The notes under the pieces were generated by a model. It saw only the letters and a list, made by a program, of their open reading frames with translations. It made no database searches and was not told the DNA's origin. Below, one piece after another: positions 28,498-38,556 of a stretch of 64,000 nt of DNA (the first letter of the stretch is position 1; each line of letters opens with the position of its first letter). A program made the position numbers and the translations under genes. Location: contig CAKZSV010000012.1 of NCBI GenBank assembly GCA_937921485.1, positions 75,688-139,687 of the forward strand, given 5' to 3'. The DNA comes from an uncultured bacterium. Its GTDB lineage: Bacteria > Spirochaetota > UBA4802 > JAGODF01.

Positions 28498-30273
28498 GTG
28501 GTGAAAGAATGGACCGGCAGGGTATTTATTGAGACAGCAGGGGAGCTTGGAAATATCCTGATGTCAAGCGATGACCGCGAGACGGTACGTCGCCGCGTGC
28601 TGGATTATGTGAACAAACTCCACTTCGATACTTTCTCAGGTAATGTACGGGACCTCCATGTTCTCGACCTAATAATTGTTCGGGACTGTGCGCGGGCATG
28701 GCGCAGCATTCTTAATCCGCGCAGCGAGAAAATTTCGGGATTTAGTGTTCTTGATGCGCTCATGAGGGCATCAAGAGGCATGGACGATAGGGCTCTGACC
28801 CCTTCATTCTGGGCAGATATCATTCATCTCACCTGGGGCATACAGGGGAGAGTGCGCTTGCATACCGAACAGATGGTGAAATACATTGATGCCGGAGACT
28901 TTCACGGAAGGGAGGCTGCAAAGCTACGGTCACATGAGCTCGATAGTATTGAAATGTATATGGATAAACTGATGTCGCGATATGAAAGCGGCCTTAGCGA
29001 GGAAGCAGTGGTTCGTCGAACAATGAGAAGGAAGGCGATACTGAAGACTCTTAAAGGAACATCTCGGGATTGGAAAAACTGGAAATGGCATATCAGGCAT
29101 ATTGCGAAAAATTCTGATGCACTCTCGAGGATGGTAAATCTCACAGATGAAGAGAAATCCTTGATAGATACGGCTGTCTCCTCATCTATTCCCTTCGGTG
29201 TGACACCGTACTACGCGTCACTTTTCGATGATGATCCGAGCGCGGGACGCGATCGGTCTATCCGTGCCCAGGTAATTCCGCCGAAAACCTACATCGATGC
29301 GTTTCACGAAAAAACTTCGGACTACATGCTTGAGGCCGATACCTCGCCGATAGACCTGATAACCAGAAGGTACGTTGAAGTCCTCATCCTGAAACCATTC
29401 AACACATGCCCGCAAATTTGCGTGTACTGTCAGCGCAACTGGGAAATCAAAAGTGCTATGGCACCTGGAGCAATGGCATCAGCGGAGAACCTGAACCGAG
29501 CCATCGAGTGGATACGAAACAACGCATCCATCAAGGAGGTGCTCGTTACCGGAGGTGATCCTCTGGTCATGACGGATCCGGTATTGAAAAAAATTCTGGA
29601 CCGCCTGGCTGATATCCCTCATGTAGAGCGCATTCGCATAGGCACACGAACTCCTGTTACTCTGCCAATGCGGTTTACGCCAGAACTCATCAGACTCATT
29701 TCATCATACAATGTTCCGAAACGACGGGAAATGTGCGTGATGACTCACATTCAGCACCCATACGAAGTAACCCCGGAATTATCTGCTGCTACCAATGCGC
29801 TGCGCCGCCATGGTATTCGAGTGTATAACCAGCTCGTATATACCTTTTATATATCTCGACGCTTTGCGGCTGCTGCACTGCGAAGGCTTATCAGGCTCTG
29901 CGGTGTCGATCCGTACTATACCTTTTATCCAAAGGGTAAGGAAGAGACTGCCGATTATCGTGTCCCTGTTGCTCGTCTGGTTCAGGAACAAAAGGAGGAG
30001 TCAAGGCTTCTTCCGGGACTTTGCAGAACCGATGAGGCAGTATTCAACCTCCCCGGGCTTGGAAAGAACTACCTCAACGCCTGGCAGCATCGGGATCTTA
30101 TTTCGATACGTTCCGATGGATCTCGAATCTATGAGTTCCACCCATGGGAAAAGAAAATCGGTCCCCAACAGACGTATATTGGGGAAGACGTGCCAATCCT
30201 CGATTACCTGAGGCGTCTGGAATCGATTGGAGAAAATCCCGCTGATTATGAGAGTATCTGGTATTATTTTTAA
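28498..30273 (+). CDS. KamA-family radical SAM protein (lysine 2,3-aminomutase-like, long form)
   Basis: 'WKNWKWH', 'PFGVTPYY', 'ITRRY', CxxxCxxC 'CPQICVYCQR', 'TGGDPL', 'RIGTRTP' and a PLP-lysine-like 'PGLGK'. Confidence 0.88.
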   Translation: MVKEWTGRVFIETAGELGNILMSSDDRETVRRRVLDYVNKLHFDTFSGNVRDLHVLDLIIVRDCARAWRSILNPRSEKISGFSVLDALMRASRGMDDRALTPSFWADIIHLTWGIQGRVRLHTEQMVKYIDAGDFHGREAAKLRSHELDSIEMYMDKLMSRYESGLSEEAVVRRTMRRKAILKTLKGTSRDWKNWKWHIRHIAKNSDALSRMVNLTDEEKSLIDTAVSSSIPFGVTPYYASLFDDDPSAGRDRSIRAQVIPPKTYIDAFHEKTSDYMLEADTSPIDLITRRYVEVLILKPFNTCPQICVYCQRNWEIKSAMAPGAMASAENLNRAIEWIRNNASIKEVLVTGGDPLVMTDPVLKKILDRLADIPHVERIRIGTRTPVTLPMRFTPELIRLISSYNVPKRREMCVMTHIQHPYEVTPELSAATNALRRHGIRVYNQLVYTFYISRRFAAAALRRLIRLCGVDPYYTFYPKGKEETADYRVPVARLVQEQKEESRLLPGLCRTDEAVFNLPGLGKNYLNAWQHRDLISIRSDGSRIYEFHPWEKKIGPQQTYIGEDVPILDYLRRLESIGENPADYESIWYYF

Positions 30274-30321
30274 GCTTGATGCATTATAGGTGTGATAAAC
30301 GATTCTTTAGTCCAACCTTTA

Positions 30322-31125
30322 TTATTTCAACGCGTTGACAATAAGGCTGATGCCATAGGCGGCAGTTCCCAGCACCACCATGGTTGCCCCGGGAGGTGTG
30401 TCCATAAAAAATGAAAGCACCAGCCCTCCGCACATCGTGCAAAGGGTGAAAATAATACCCCATGCGATAACCCCGCGGAAGTTTTTTGTGAGCACAAGCC
30501 CGAAGCTTGCGGGAAGCACCACCAGCGCTGAGACTAAAATGATGCCCACAATCTTCATGCTGATGACAATAATTGCCGCAAGAAAGGCAAAAAGCGCTGT
30601 GTCGAGGTATTCGGTGCGCACACCGCTTGACATGGCCACTTCCACATCAAAGGTCATAAAAAGAATCCGGTGTATAAACAGTGCAATGAACGGCAGAAAA
30701 AAAAGAAGGACCGCTCCTGTAATCAGTAAATCACAAGAGGTGACGGCTAAGATGTTTCCAAATAGATATCCCTGCAAATCGAAGGTGTAGGCCTTTTTTA
30801 GTTTGATTAAAAGCGCGCCGAGGGCCATCGAAAACGCGAAGAAGATGCCGATGCCTGCATCGGGCGTGAGCTTCCCCAGGCGTGTGAGCTTTGTAATGGC
30901 AATTGCCGAAATCACACAGAAAATAAGTGCCGTCCAGAACGGATTAACGCCGAAAAAGACGCCGAGTGCCACGCCTCCAAAGGCGGTGTGTGCTATTCCT
31001 GCGCCTAAGAATGCCATTTTGCGCGTAACCACGAAAAACGAAAGAATGCCAAAAAGCGCGCCAAGAAGGATGCTTGCGAAAAACGCATTTCTGAAAAAAT
31101 CCATTGCGAAAAGTTCACTCATCAC
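30322..31125 (-). CDS. Metal (Zn/Mn) ABC transporter permease
   Basis: 'IAHTAFGG', 'YLFGNIL', 'TFD' and 'VGIILVSALVVLPA'. Confidence 0.92.
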   Translation of the reverse strand: MMSELFAMDFFRNAFFASILLGALFGILSFFVVTRKMAFLGAGIAHTAFGGVALGVFFGVNPFWTALIFCVISAIAITKLTRLGKLTPDAGIGIFFAFSMALGALLIKLKKAYTFDLQGYLFGNILAVTSCDLLITGAVLLFFLPFIALFIHRILFMTFDVEVAMSSGVRTEYLDTALFAFLAAIIVISMKIVGIILVSALVVLPASFGLVLTKNFRGVIAWGIIFTLCTMCGGLVLSFFMDTPPGATMVVLGTAAYGISLIVNALK

Positions 31126-31895
31126 TCACCCCGGCAGGTGGGACAGTTTGTATCGTGGCGGACCACGTGGATGTTGCGGCCGAACACTTTTGCAATCATC
31201 TCATCCGGCGCGCATTCGGAGGGTTTTCCGTGGAAATGGATTTTTCTATTGATGCAGGCAAGCCTGTCCACAATTTCCGACACCGCGCCGATGTCGTGTG
31301 ATACCATGATAATTGTAAGATTGGCTTCATCGCGCAGCTGCCGGAGGAGTTCATAAAACGAATCCTGCGAAACCACGTCCAATCCTGTTGCAGGTTCGTC
31401 CAGAATGAGTATTTTGGGCTCAAGCGCCAGCGCGCGTGCAATCAGAACCCGTTGTTTCTGTCCGCCTGAAAGGCTACCGAAAGAGCGGTGCGCAAGTTCG
31501 CTCATGCCAACGCGCGCGAGGGATGTTTCGATTATGCTGCGGTCTTTGCGAGAGAGTTTTTCAACAATTCTGCACTGTGCATAGCGCGACATGGCAACCA
31601 CATCGAAAGCGTGCACGGGAAAAACGCTGTCGTAATTCGATTGCTGTGAGAGATAGCCGAAACTGCCTTTACGGCGTGCCTTTTCCGGCTCCATGCCGAA
31701 CACCGCGATGGTGCCCGCAAACGGCTCTTTCAAACCCATGATGGTCTTTAAAAGCGTGCTTTTGCCGCTGCCGTTCGGTCCCACAATAGAAACTATTTCC
31801 CGCTCTTCTACCGTGAGATTGATATCTTCCAGAACCACATCGAACTCATAGCGCACGGAAACATTATTCAGTTCTATCGCATGCATAATAGTCAT
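31122..31895 (-). CDS. Metal ABC transporter ATP-binding protein
   Basis: 'GPNGSGKS', 'LSGGQKQR', 'LDEP' and 'VSHD'. Confidence 0.93.
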   Translation of the reverse strand: MTIMHAIELNNVSVRYEFDVVLEDINLTVEEREIVSIVGPNGSGKSTLLKTIMGLKEPFAGTIAVFGMEPEKARRKGSFGYLSQQSNYDSVFPVHAFDVVAMSRYAQCRIVEKLSRKDRSIIETSLARVGMSELAHRSFGSLSGGQKQRVLIARALALEPKILILDEPATGLDVVSQDSFYELLRQLRDEANLTIIMVSHDIGAVSEIVDRLACINRKIHFHGKPSECAPDEMIAKVFGRNIHVVRHDTNCPTCRGE

Positions 31896-32749
31896 TCGGA
31901 AAGTGCCTTCGCAAGTGTCTGCGCATTGTACTCCATAAGTGAAAGATATTGTGCACGCGCATTATCGTTGGGATTGCCGATGCCGTCAAGACGAACGGCT
32001 TTACCGGCGATTTCCCGCACAAAGGCGTCAGCGGTTGTATTGTGGGCGTAATAATCGATAATAACAACTTTAATGTTTTCTTTCAGCGCGCGTTTTTTTA
32101 CATCGGCGATTCCCTTAATGGACGGCGAATCGCCGTGGCCGGATTCGATGGTGCCGGCAATGATAAGCCCGTAATCATTCGCGAAATAATCCCATGCGGG
32201 ATGCCATTGAAATAATTTTTTTTGTTTTATGCCAGTAAACATGGTGCTGATGCGCCTGTCCAGGATATCGAGCTTCTTTTGATAGGCATCGCAGTTTTTG
32301 GCAAATTGACCGGAATGTTCGGGATATGATGATGATAAAAAGTCGCGGATTGCAGCGGCAATGAGCTTTGCGTTTTTCACGGAAAGCCAGAGGTGGGGAT
32401 TATCGCCTTTGATGATATCGCTCAAAAAGAATTTTTTTCCCGCGGGAGATAGCATCTTCGAAACCCAGCCGTCGAATTCGGGATGCACGCCGATAAAAAT
32501 CGATGACCTTTGCAGCAATTTTGCCGTGGAAGGGTCGGCTTCAAATGTGTGTGGATTTGCGTTGGGCGGAACCGCGCTGATTACTGTCATGGCATTGCCC
32601 GCAATATTTTGTGCAATGTCAGCAATCGGGGCGATGGAGGTGGCGATGGTGGGAACATGTGCCGAAGGCTCCTTGCTGCACAGAGCACCTGTCGCAATTA
32701 TAAAAAGGCCTATCATTGAAAACATATATGGTCTTATCGAAATCTGCAT
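31892..32749 (-). CDS. Metal ABC transporter substrate-binding protein (ZnuA/TroA cluster A-I)
   Basis: 'NPHTFE', 'NPHLWLS' and 'HPAWDYF'; lipobox-like 'ALC'. Confidence 0.92.
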   Translation of the reverse strand: MQISIRPYMFSMIGLFIIATGALCSKEPSAHVPTIATSIAPIADIAQNIAGNAMTVISAVPPNANPHTFEADPSTAKLLQRSSIFIGVHPEFDGWVSKMLSPAGKKFFLSDIIKGDNPHLWLSVKNAKLIAAAIRDFLSSSYPEHSGQFAKNCDAYQKKLDILDRRISTMFTGIKQKKLFQWHPAWDYFANDYGLIIAGTIESGHGDSPSIKGIADVKKRALKENIKVVIIDYYAHNTTADAFVREIAGKAVRLDGIGNPNDNARAQYLSLMEYNAQTLAKALSE

Positions 32750-32795
32750 CGTACCTGCACCTCAACGCCCGGATGGAATGAAGCGCATTGTATGC

Positions 32796-32850
32796 GAAGG
32801 GGTCAGAGCCCTGTCAAGCCAGAATTTTTCCAGATAGGGGTCAGAGCCTC
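32796..32850 (-). repeat. Two tandem copies of the RAYT-associated motif in the divergent promoter region
   Basis: GAAGGGGTCAGAGCCCTGTC at 32796-32815 and GGGGTCAGAGCCTC at 32837-32850. Confidence 0.8.
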
Positions 32851-32899
32851 TGATATAAAATTCTTGACTGAATACCCGTATTTTCGAAACAATCGTAAT

Positions 32900-33292
32900 A
32901 TGTCGTATTTTCCTGTGCATAATATAACCTTTCGAACGGTGCGCAGCGTTTTTAGTGCAGCTCTGGCGCTGGTCATCATCACCGGCAATGCGATTCTTCA
33001 TCTGTCGCATAACCACCTGGCGTCATCCTGCCATGGCGTGTGTTCGTACGAGCATACATCGCATAAGGCGGGATTTGCGTCAGCGACAGCGAAAACGCAT
33101 GTAGAAGCGGGCAATTGCGTTTCCTGCTTCATCGTCAATCATCGCTTTACATCGACAGCGCAGTCATCTCCCCTTATTGCTGTTTCTGCCTTTTCTGCGC
33201 CATACGCCTTGCGGGCGGTGCACAAGCACTATTCTTCACTTATTCATAATCCTTCCCTTCGCGCGCCTCCTTTCTCTTCCTTTTATTTGTAA
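32900..33292 (+). CDS. Small His/Cys-rich exported protein, DUF2946-like
   Basis: Hydrophobic segment, 'HLSHNH', 'CVSC' and a terminal 'RAPP' motif; start moved to the ATG at 32900. Confidence 0.6.
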   Translation: MSYFPVHNITFRTVRSVFSAALALVIITGNAILHLSHNHLASSCHGVCSYEHTSHKAGFASATAKTHVEAGNCVSCFIVNHRFTSTAQSSPLIAVSAFSAPYALRAVHKHYSSLIHNPSLRAPPFSSFYL

Positions 33293-33368
33293 TATTGACA
33301 TAACATGTGCTGTACTGCGTGCCAGATGATGGCATGCATCATCTTACAATATAAAGGAGAGGGATGCT

Positions 33369-33917
33369 ATGTTAGTTCGAATTATTTTGATTTATATGCT
33401 CATGGTCGCACTCATTTTTGCCGGTTGCTCGAAAGACGAAGAGAGCACCGAATGCACCACCACCTCGTTTACGTTTGATGGAGCAATTCATCCGCTCTGC
33501 GGCATCGATGCCGTGGGCAATCACGTGCAGATAAAAAATCTCAATCTGAATAGCGGCAGTTTCTATATCTACGCGCGGACCAATCCCGATGGAAGCGGGG
33601 GAGGAGAATTTGCATTTGCTTCTGGTAATGTTACCGCAACATATCGGGGAGGTAATGCAGGTTCTGCCACTAACTCTGCTGATATTTCTAAACCTCATTT
33701 CCTCATCGGCTTTCATCAGGAAAATCCCGCGGTGCATGTGGTGGTGAAACAGGCGGATTCTGTCGATGCGCTTGAAGACGCAGCCGCATTGCTCAACATT
33801 GATTCGAATAGATGGGCAAACACTGGAGCACCTGCCAGCGAATCCTTTTACTATAAAGGAAACGGCAAAGTCACCGTGGAAAGCGTGAAGATATTCCACG
33901 AAGAGCACCATCACTGA
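33369..33917 (+). CDS. Lipoprotein with a C-terminal His cluster (EEHHH)
   Basis: Lipobox 'FAGC' with a strong RBS; first gene of the metal-uptake operon. Confidence 0.7.
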   Translation: MLVRIILIYMLMVALIFAGCSKDEESTECTTTSFTFDGAIHPLCGIDAVGNHVQIKNLNLNSGSFYIYARTNPDGSGGGEFAFASGNVTATYRGGNAGSATNSADISKPHFLIGFHQENPAVHVVVKQADSVDALEDAAALLNIDSNRWANTGAPASESFYYKGNGKVTVESVKIFHEEHHH

Positions 33918-33934
33918 AAACAAGGAGTCCCAAT

Positions 33935-35119
33935 ATGAAACTCCAGAAACTGTTATGGTGTACAATCGCTACAGTGCTTATTATCGCAGGGGGAGCGCTG
34001 CTCCCCCTTTTTGCCCAGGAAAACCTTGATGCCGAAGTAGATAAACTCCTTGGGGGAAAAAGCGCAGTTGAGGAACGCAGTGCAGAAAAATCCGCAGGAT
34101 TTTTAGACCGCACGTCGATGCCGAACATCTTTGTTGCGGCCGATATGGTGGGGGGAAAAGACCTCACCGCGCAAAGAAACTCCCCGGAGGCTCTGACCCC
34201 CAATGGCGTTAAGGTGCGCAGCGCTGAAGTGGGCCTTTTCGGCGGCATCGACCACCTTGCGCTTGGCACGGTAAATCTGGCCGTGCACGAAGAGGAAGGA
34301 AAATATTTCGTAGAACTGCACGAAGCCTATTTCGAGTTCAACACGCTTCCCTGGAATCTCTATGCGAAGCTCGGCCGCTTTTTTTTAGACGTGGGGCGGC
34401 TCAATTCCATTCATCAGCACGACTGGCATTTTACCACCACGCCGCTGGTACATGCCATGCTCTTCGATGTGGAAGGAGTCTTTGATCAGGGCGGAGAGGT
34501 GTCTCTTCTTATGCCATGGCAATGGTATCAGGAACTGAAGGTTGGTTTTTTCAATGGCCGAAGCTGGGGGCATACGCACGGGGAGGGAGCCGTCAAACCC
34601 GGCCCGCTTGTCACGGCGCGCCTTAAGCATTTTATCCCGATTTATGGCGAGCTTGGCACGCAATTCGGGTTTACGTATATTCGCTATCTTGTCGATGAAG
34701 AGGGCAGGGAAATCGATCACACCGGGGGTGCGGATCTCACGTTCAAATGGCAGCGGGGGCGTTACCGGAGCTTTATTTTTTCAACCGAATACTGGTATCG
34801 CTATGAAGTGCGTCCGGATGCCGTGCAGGACAATACAAAGCACGGCTTCTATTCGTATGTGCAGTACCAGTTTCATCAATACTGGCTTGCGGGATTCCGG
34901 TACGATTACTACGCTGAACTCGATGTGAGGTCATCATCCGGAAGCAGCATCGACCGCCAGAGTTTTGCGCAATTGCTGTGGGTAACGCTGCGTCCATCAG
35001 AATTTTCGTATTTTCGCATAACAGGTGAGCGGAGTGATGTGTTCGGCACGGAATTAAACTATGCGGTGTATGTGCAGGCCGATTTTATTTTAGGGTATCA
35101 TCCCGCGCATCGCTATTAA
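33935..35119 (+). CDS. Outer-membrane beta-barrel of metal-uptake loci ('zinc-regulated OM receptor'-like)
   Basis: Signal peptide, 'ELHEAY', 'LGRF...GRLNSIHQHDW', 'HTHGE' and a terminal 'LGYHPAHRY'. Confidence 0.72.
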   Translation: MKLQKLLWCTIATVLIIAGGALLPLFAQENLDAEVDKLLGGKSAVEERSAEKSAGFLDRTSMPNIFVAADMVGGKDLTAQRNSPEALTPNGVKVRSAEVGLFGGIDHLALGTVNLAVHEEEGKYFVELHEAYFEFNTLPWNLYAKLGRFFLDVGRLNSIHQHDWHFTTTPLVHAMLFDVEGVFDQGGEVSLLMPWQWYQELKVGFFNGRSWGHTHGEGAVKPGPLVTARLKHFIPIYGELGTQFGFTYIRYLVDEEGREIDHTGGADLTFKWQRGRYRSFIFSTEYWYRYEVRPDAVQDNTKHGFYSYVQYQFHQYWLAGFRYDYYAELDVRSSSGSSIDRQSFAQLLWVTLRPSEFSYFRITGERSDVFGTELNYAVYVQADFILGYHPAHRY

Positions 35120-35137
35120 ACTGGGGAGGGATACATA

Positions 35138-36046
35138 ATGAAACGATTATTCGCTATTGCTGTTATTGGTATGTGCGCTGTCGCGAATGGTGCGTTCGCA
35201 CAGCTTAGAGTAGTCACCACTTCAACCGATCTTGCGAGCATCGCGAAGGAGGTAGGAGGCAATCGCGTGGCTGTTGAAAGTCTCACAACCGGAAATACCG
35301 ATCTTCACTACGCGCAGGCGCGGCCCGATTATATCGTAAAGCTCAATAAAGCCGATCTCTTTGTGAGCATTGGTCTTGAGCTTGAAGCAGGATGGGTGCC
35401 GCTTTTATTGAACCAGTCCCGCAATCCGAAAATTCATCGCGGTGCACCGGGATATTGTGTGGCGTATGCCGGCATTGATCTGGCGGAAAAGCCAACTGGC
35501 GAAATTACGCGGCAGATGGGCGATATTCATCCCTATGGCAATCCGCATTACTGGCCGGACCCGATAAACGGGATTGTGATTGCCCGAAACATAAAAGAAT
35601 CGATGATAAAAATCGATCCTGCGGGGAAGGATGAGTACGAAAAAAATTTTCATTCATTCAAAGATGCGGCAGTGAAAAAGACGAAAGAGCTCATGGCGCT
35701 TATGTCACCGCACAAGGGCAAGGAAGTGGTAGTGTATCATACCGAATTCGTCTATGTGCTTCGCCGCTTCGGCCTTTCGCAGGGTATGATGATTGAAGAG
35801 CTTCCCGGGGTTGCGCCTTCGCCCGCGCACGCGAAAAAAGTGATTGAGTATATCCGTGCAAGAAAAGTACCGCTTGTGCTGGTATCTCCATGGTCGAATG
35901 TATCGTATGCAGGGAAAATCGCGAAAGAAGGCGGCGCGAAACTTCTGGTGCTGCCTATTCAAACAGGCTCGGTGCCGGAGGCGAAAACCTACTTGGATAT
36001 GATTGATACATCGGTGCGCATGCTTCATAAAGGGCTTACACAATGA
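35138..36046 (+). CDS. Metal ABC transporter substrate-binding protein
   Basis: 'DLHY...P', 'DIHPYGNPHYWPDP', 'YH' and 'EELPG..PSP'. Confidence 0.9.
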   Translation: MKRLFAIAVIGMCAVANGAFAQLRVVTTSTDLASIAKEVGGNRVAVESLTTGNTDLHYAQARPDYIVKLNKADLFVSIGLELEAGWVPLLLNQSRNPKIHRGAPGYCVAYAGIDLAEKPTGEITRQMGDIHPYGNPHYWPDPINGIVIARNIKESMIKIDPAGKDEYEKNFHSFKDAAVKKTKELMALMSPHKGKEVVVYHTEFVYVLRRFGLSQGMMIEELPGVAPSPAHAKKVIEYIRARKVPLVLVSPWSNVSYAGKIAKEGGAKLLVLPIQTGSVPEAKTYLDMIDTSVRMLHKGLTQ

Positions 36047-36693
36047 AACGAATAATTCTGCGTGAGGCTTCGCTCGGATACGGGAAAAAGGCGGTGCTAT
36101 CGCACGTGGATATCGACATTTGCGAAGGTGAAATCTACCTCATTAAAGGCGCAAATGGCAGCGGGAAAACGACGCTTGGTCTTGGCCTTCTGGGGATTTT
36201 GCCATTGCAGAAGGGAACAAGAAGTTCGTCTTTTGTGCGCCCGGCATACGTTCCTCAATCGAGCCGCTTTGATACGCAATATCCCATTACGCTATCAGAG
36301 CTGGTATCCATGGGGATGCAGGATTACGCGAAAATCAGCTTTTTTTCCCGAAGTGCTAAACGCCGCAATATTGTGCAAAAAACGCGCGATGCGTTAGATC
36401 GGGTGGGACTTTCCGAAATGGAGAAGATGCTTTTTCATCAGGTGAGCGGCGGCGAATTTCAGCGAGCTCTTATCGCCCGCGCCCTTATTTCCGAGCCGGA
36501 CATTGTGCTGCTCGACGAACCTTTCGCGAATATCGATAAAACAGGGAAGCGCGATATCAAGGAACTGTTGCTTAAAGAAAGCTCGCGGTTGCATTGCACG
36601 CTCATCATCATCGACCATCACGAGAACGTTGATTTCTGTACCAACTGCCTTGAGGTTGAAAACAATACGGTGGCGGCAAATGGAACTGCATGA
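36043..36693 (+). CDS. Metal ABC transporter ATP-binding protein
   Basis: 'GANGSGKT', 'YVPQ', 'SGGEFQR' and 'LDEP'. Confidence 0.9.
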   Translation: MKRIILREASLGYGKKAVLSHVDIDICEGEIYLIKGANGSGKTTLGLGLLGILPLQKGTRSSSFVRPAYVPQSSRFDTQYPITLSELVSMGMQDYAKISFFSRSAKRRNIVQKTRDALDRVGLSEMEKMLFHQVSGGEFQRALIARALISEPDIVLLDEPFANIDKTGKRDIKELLLKESSRLHCTLIIIDHHENVDFCTNCLEVENNTVAANGTA

Positions 36694-37582
36694 AAAAATC
36701 GTATATTATGCGGCACAGTACGGCGCGCAGCTTGCAATGAGCATTCCCTATTTTGCCGTGGTATCTTTCGCGGGATTATTCCTTGTGCTGCGCCGCGCAA
36801 GCCTCTTTGGGCTGGTGCTTTCAGCGTCATCGCAGCTTGCCTTTGTTCTGGGCATGGCGCTTCACCTGGTAAGCCACGAGAGCACCAACGCGCTTGTCCT
36901 CATGCAGAACCCTGAAAACGTGGTAGCGGATTTGCTGCACATGGATGTGTATCTTTTCCCATTGCTTGCCTGCGTGATGCTGCCCCTGGTGATATTCATG
37001 AGCAGGGGGATTATCAACACAGAAAGCGTGCTGGCCATTCTCTTTGTATCTCTCATGGGTCTGATTCCGCTGGCAAATAAGCTCACCGGCGGGTCGGACC
37101 TTTTGCTGCTCAAGGCATATTTCACGGAAATTCTCTATACGCCCGGGCGCGTATTTTCGCACTATCTTGTGCATCTTTGTCTGATGGCGTTTACACTTTC
37201 AGTTTTTTTCAGGAAATTTCTCATTACAGGCTTTGACCCCATTCAGGCGCGGCTTTCTGGCCTTCGCGTGGAAGCGCTTAATATGCTCTTTTATTTCTGT
37301 GCGGGTTTTACCATCGCGCTGTGCGTTCGGGTGCTCGGTATCCTGGTAACGATGATGGCCCTTATCGCACCAGGGGTGATAGCGCTTGCAAGCTTTCAGA
37401 AAATGCGAAGCGTCATCGCTGCGACGATTGCGTTGTCTGTGCTCTTTGCAATTACGGGTTTCGGCATTTCGTTCGCGTTCGATACACTGCCGGCAGAGCC
37501 GACAATTATTGTGATATTCGGTATTGCGTCGCTTCTGGTGTGGGGTGGGAAAAAGCTTTTTGCGGCGATTAACAGGGGATGA
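36680..37582 (+). CDS. Metal ABC transporter permease
   Basis: Multi-TM protein with 'TGFDP..A' and 'LGILV'; start moved to the ATG at 36680. Confidence 0.85.
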   Translation: MELHEKIVYYAAQYGAQLAMSIPYFAVVSFAGLFLVLRRASLFGLVLSASSQLAFVLGMALHLVSHESTNALVLMQNPENVVADLLHMDVYLFPLLACVMLPLVIFMSRGIINTESVLAILFVSLMGLIPLANKLTGGSDLLLLKAYFTEILYTPGRVFSHYLVHLCLMAFTLSVFFRKFLITGFDPIQARLSGLRVEALNMLFYFCAGFTIALCVRVLGILVTMMALIAPGVIALASFQKMRSVIAATIALSVLFAITGFGISFAFDTLPAEPTIIVIFGIASLLVWGGKKLFAAINRG

Positions 37583-37615
37583 TGACTTCCCCTGTTGTGC
37601 GCGGCGAACGCGGTG

Positions 37616-38548
37616 TCATGGTATTTTTGAAAAAAAGTGCCCGCCGGCTGGATTATAAATAATGCGAAGCGCGCGCGGCATGATGCCGATATCAAACTTT
37701 TTACTCGAATACAGTTCACCATCGAGGTGCGCGAAGGTTTCATCAAGAAATTCAATCGATAACTTATTGGTGCGGAAAAATCGTACCCTGGAGTCGTTGA
37801 GGTGGGTTTGCCTGATGACATGCACGAATTCGCGTATGCGCCCGAAAAATGGCAGCTCATGAATCATGCATACGTCGAGAAAACCGTCATCGGCCATAGC
37901 ATCGGGTGTGAGATAAAACCCGCCGGCGAGGCGACGACCGTTGGCGATGGTATTGAGAAATGATTTCACTTCGCGGGTTTCTTTTCCCACAGTAAGGCGC
38001 ATCGTCTTTTCGCGATACGTCAGCAGCGTTTTCACAATATGCCATACATACTTCGTTTTATCGCCGCCCTTTACTCGTTCATGCAGCTTGCTGTTATAAT
38101 TTTCCCATGCCACCTGCGCGTCAAAGCCAAGCCCCATGCCGTTAATGAAATGGCGGTCGTTGCAATAGCCCACGTCCATTTGTGCGATATGGCATTCAAA
38201 AAAAGTATCCCACTCGTGTGAACTGAGCGTTTCCGAAAAGCCGGTGATGCCGATGAAGTCGTTTCCCGTACCGGCGGGTACCGCGCCGAAAATCGCGCCT
38301 CGTTTGCCCACCAGCCCGTGCACCGCTTCGCTGAAGGTTCCATCGCCGCCCACCGCAGCAATGGGATTATAGCCCGATACGAAAAGATTTTGTGCAAGCT
38401 CGGTTGCATGCCCTTTTTTTTCAGTAAAGACAATTTCAGGAGAAATTCCTTTTGAGCGTGCGATGTTGGTGATGATATCCTTGTAACGACGAGCTTTGCC
38501 ATTGCCTGCTATCGGGTTGATGATAAACGCCCAGCGGTGGTGTTTCAT
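37616..38548 (-). CDS. Diacylglycerol/lipid kinase family protein (YegS-like)
   Basis: 'IINPIAG', 'VGGDGT', 'PAGTGNDF', 'GFDA' and 'DGE'. Confidence 0.92.
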   Translation of the reverse strand: MKHHRWAFIINPIAGNGKARRYKDIITNIARSKGISPEIVFTEKKGHATELAQNLFVSGYNPIAAVGGDGTFSEAVHGLVGKRGAIFGAVPAGTGNDFIGITGFSETLSSHEWDTFFECHIAQMDVGYCNDRHFINGMGLGFDAQVAWENYNSKLHERVKGGDKTKYVWHIVKTLLTYREKTMRLTVGKETREVKSFLNTIANGRRLAGGFYLTPDAMADDGFLDVCMIHELPFFGRIREFVHVIRQTHLNDSRVRFFRTNKLSIEFLDETFAHLDGELYSSKKFDIGIMPRALRIIYNPAGGHFFSKIP

Positions 38549-38556
38549 TAGTTTCC

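Noticed and set aside
37229-37240. GGCTTTGACCCC in the permease as a definite RAYT-motif insertion
   Set aside because: It encodes GFDP, and FDP is a conserved permease motif, so this copy may be coincidental. It is counted only as a weak member.
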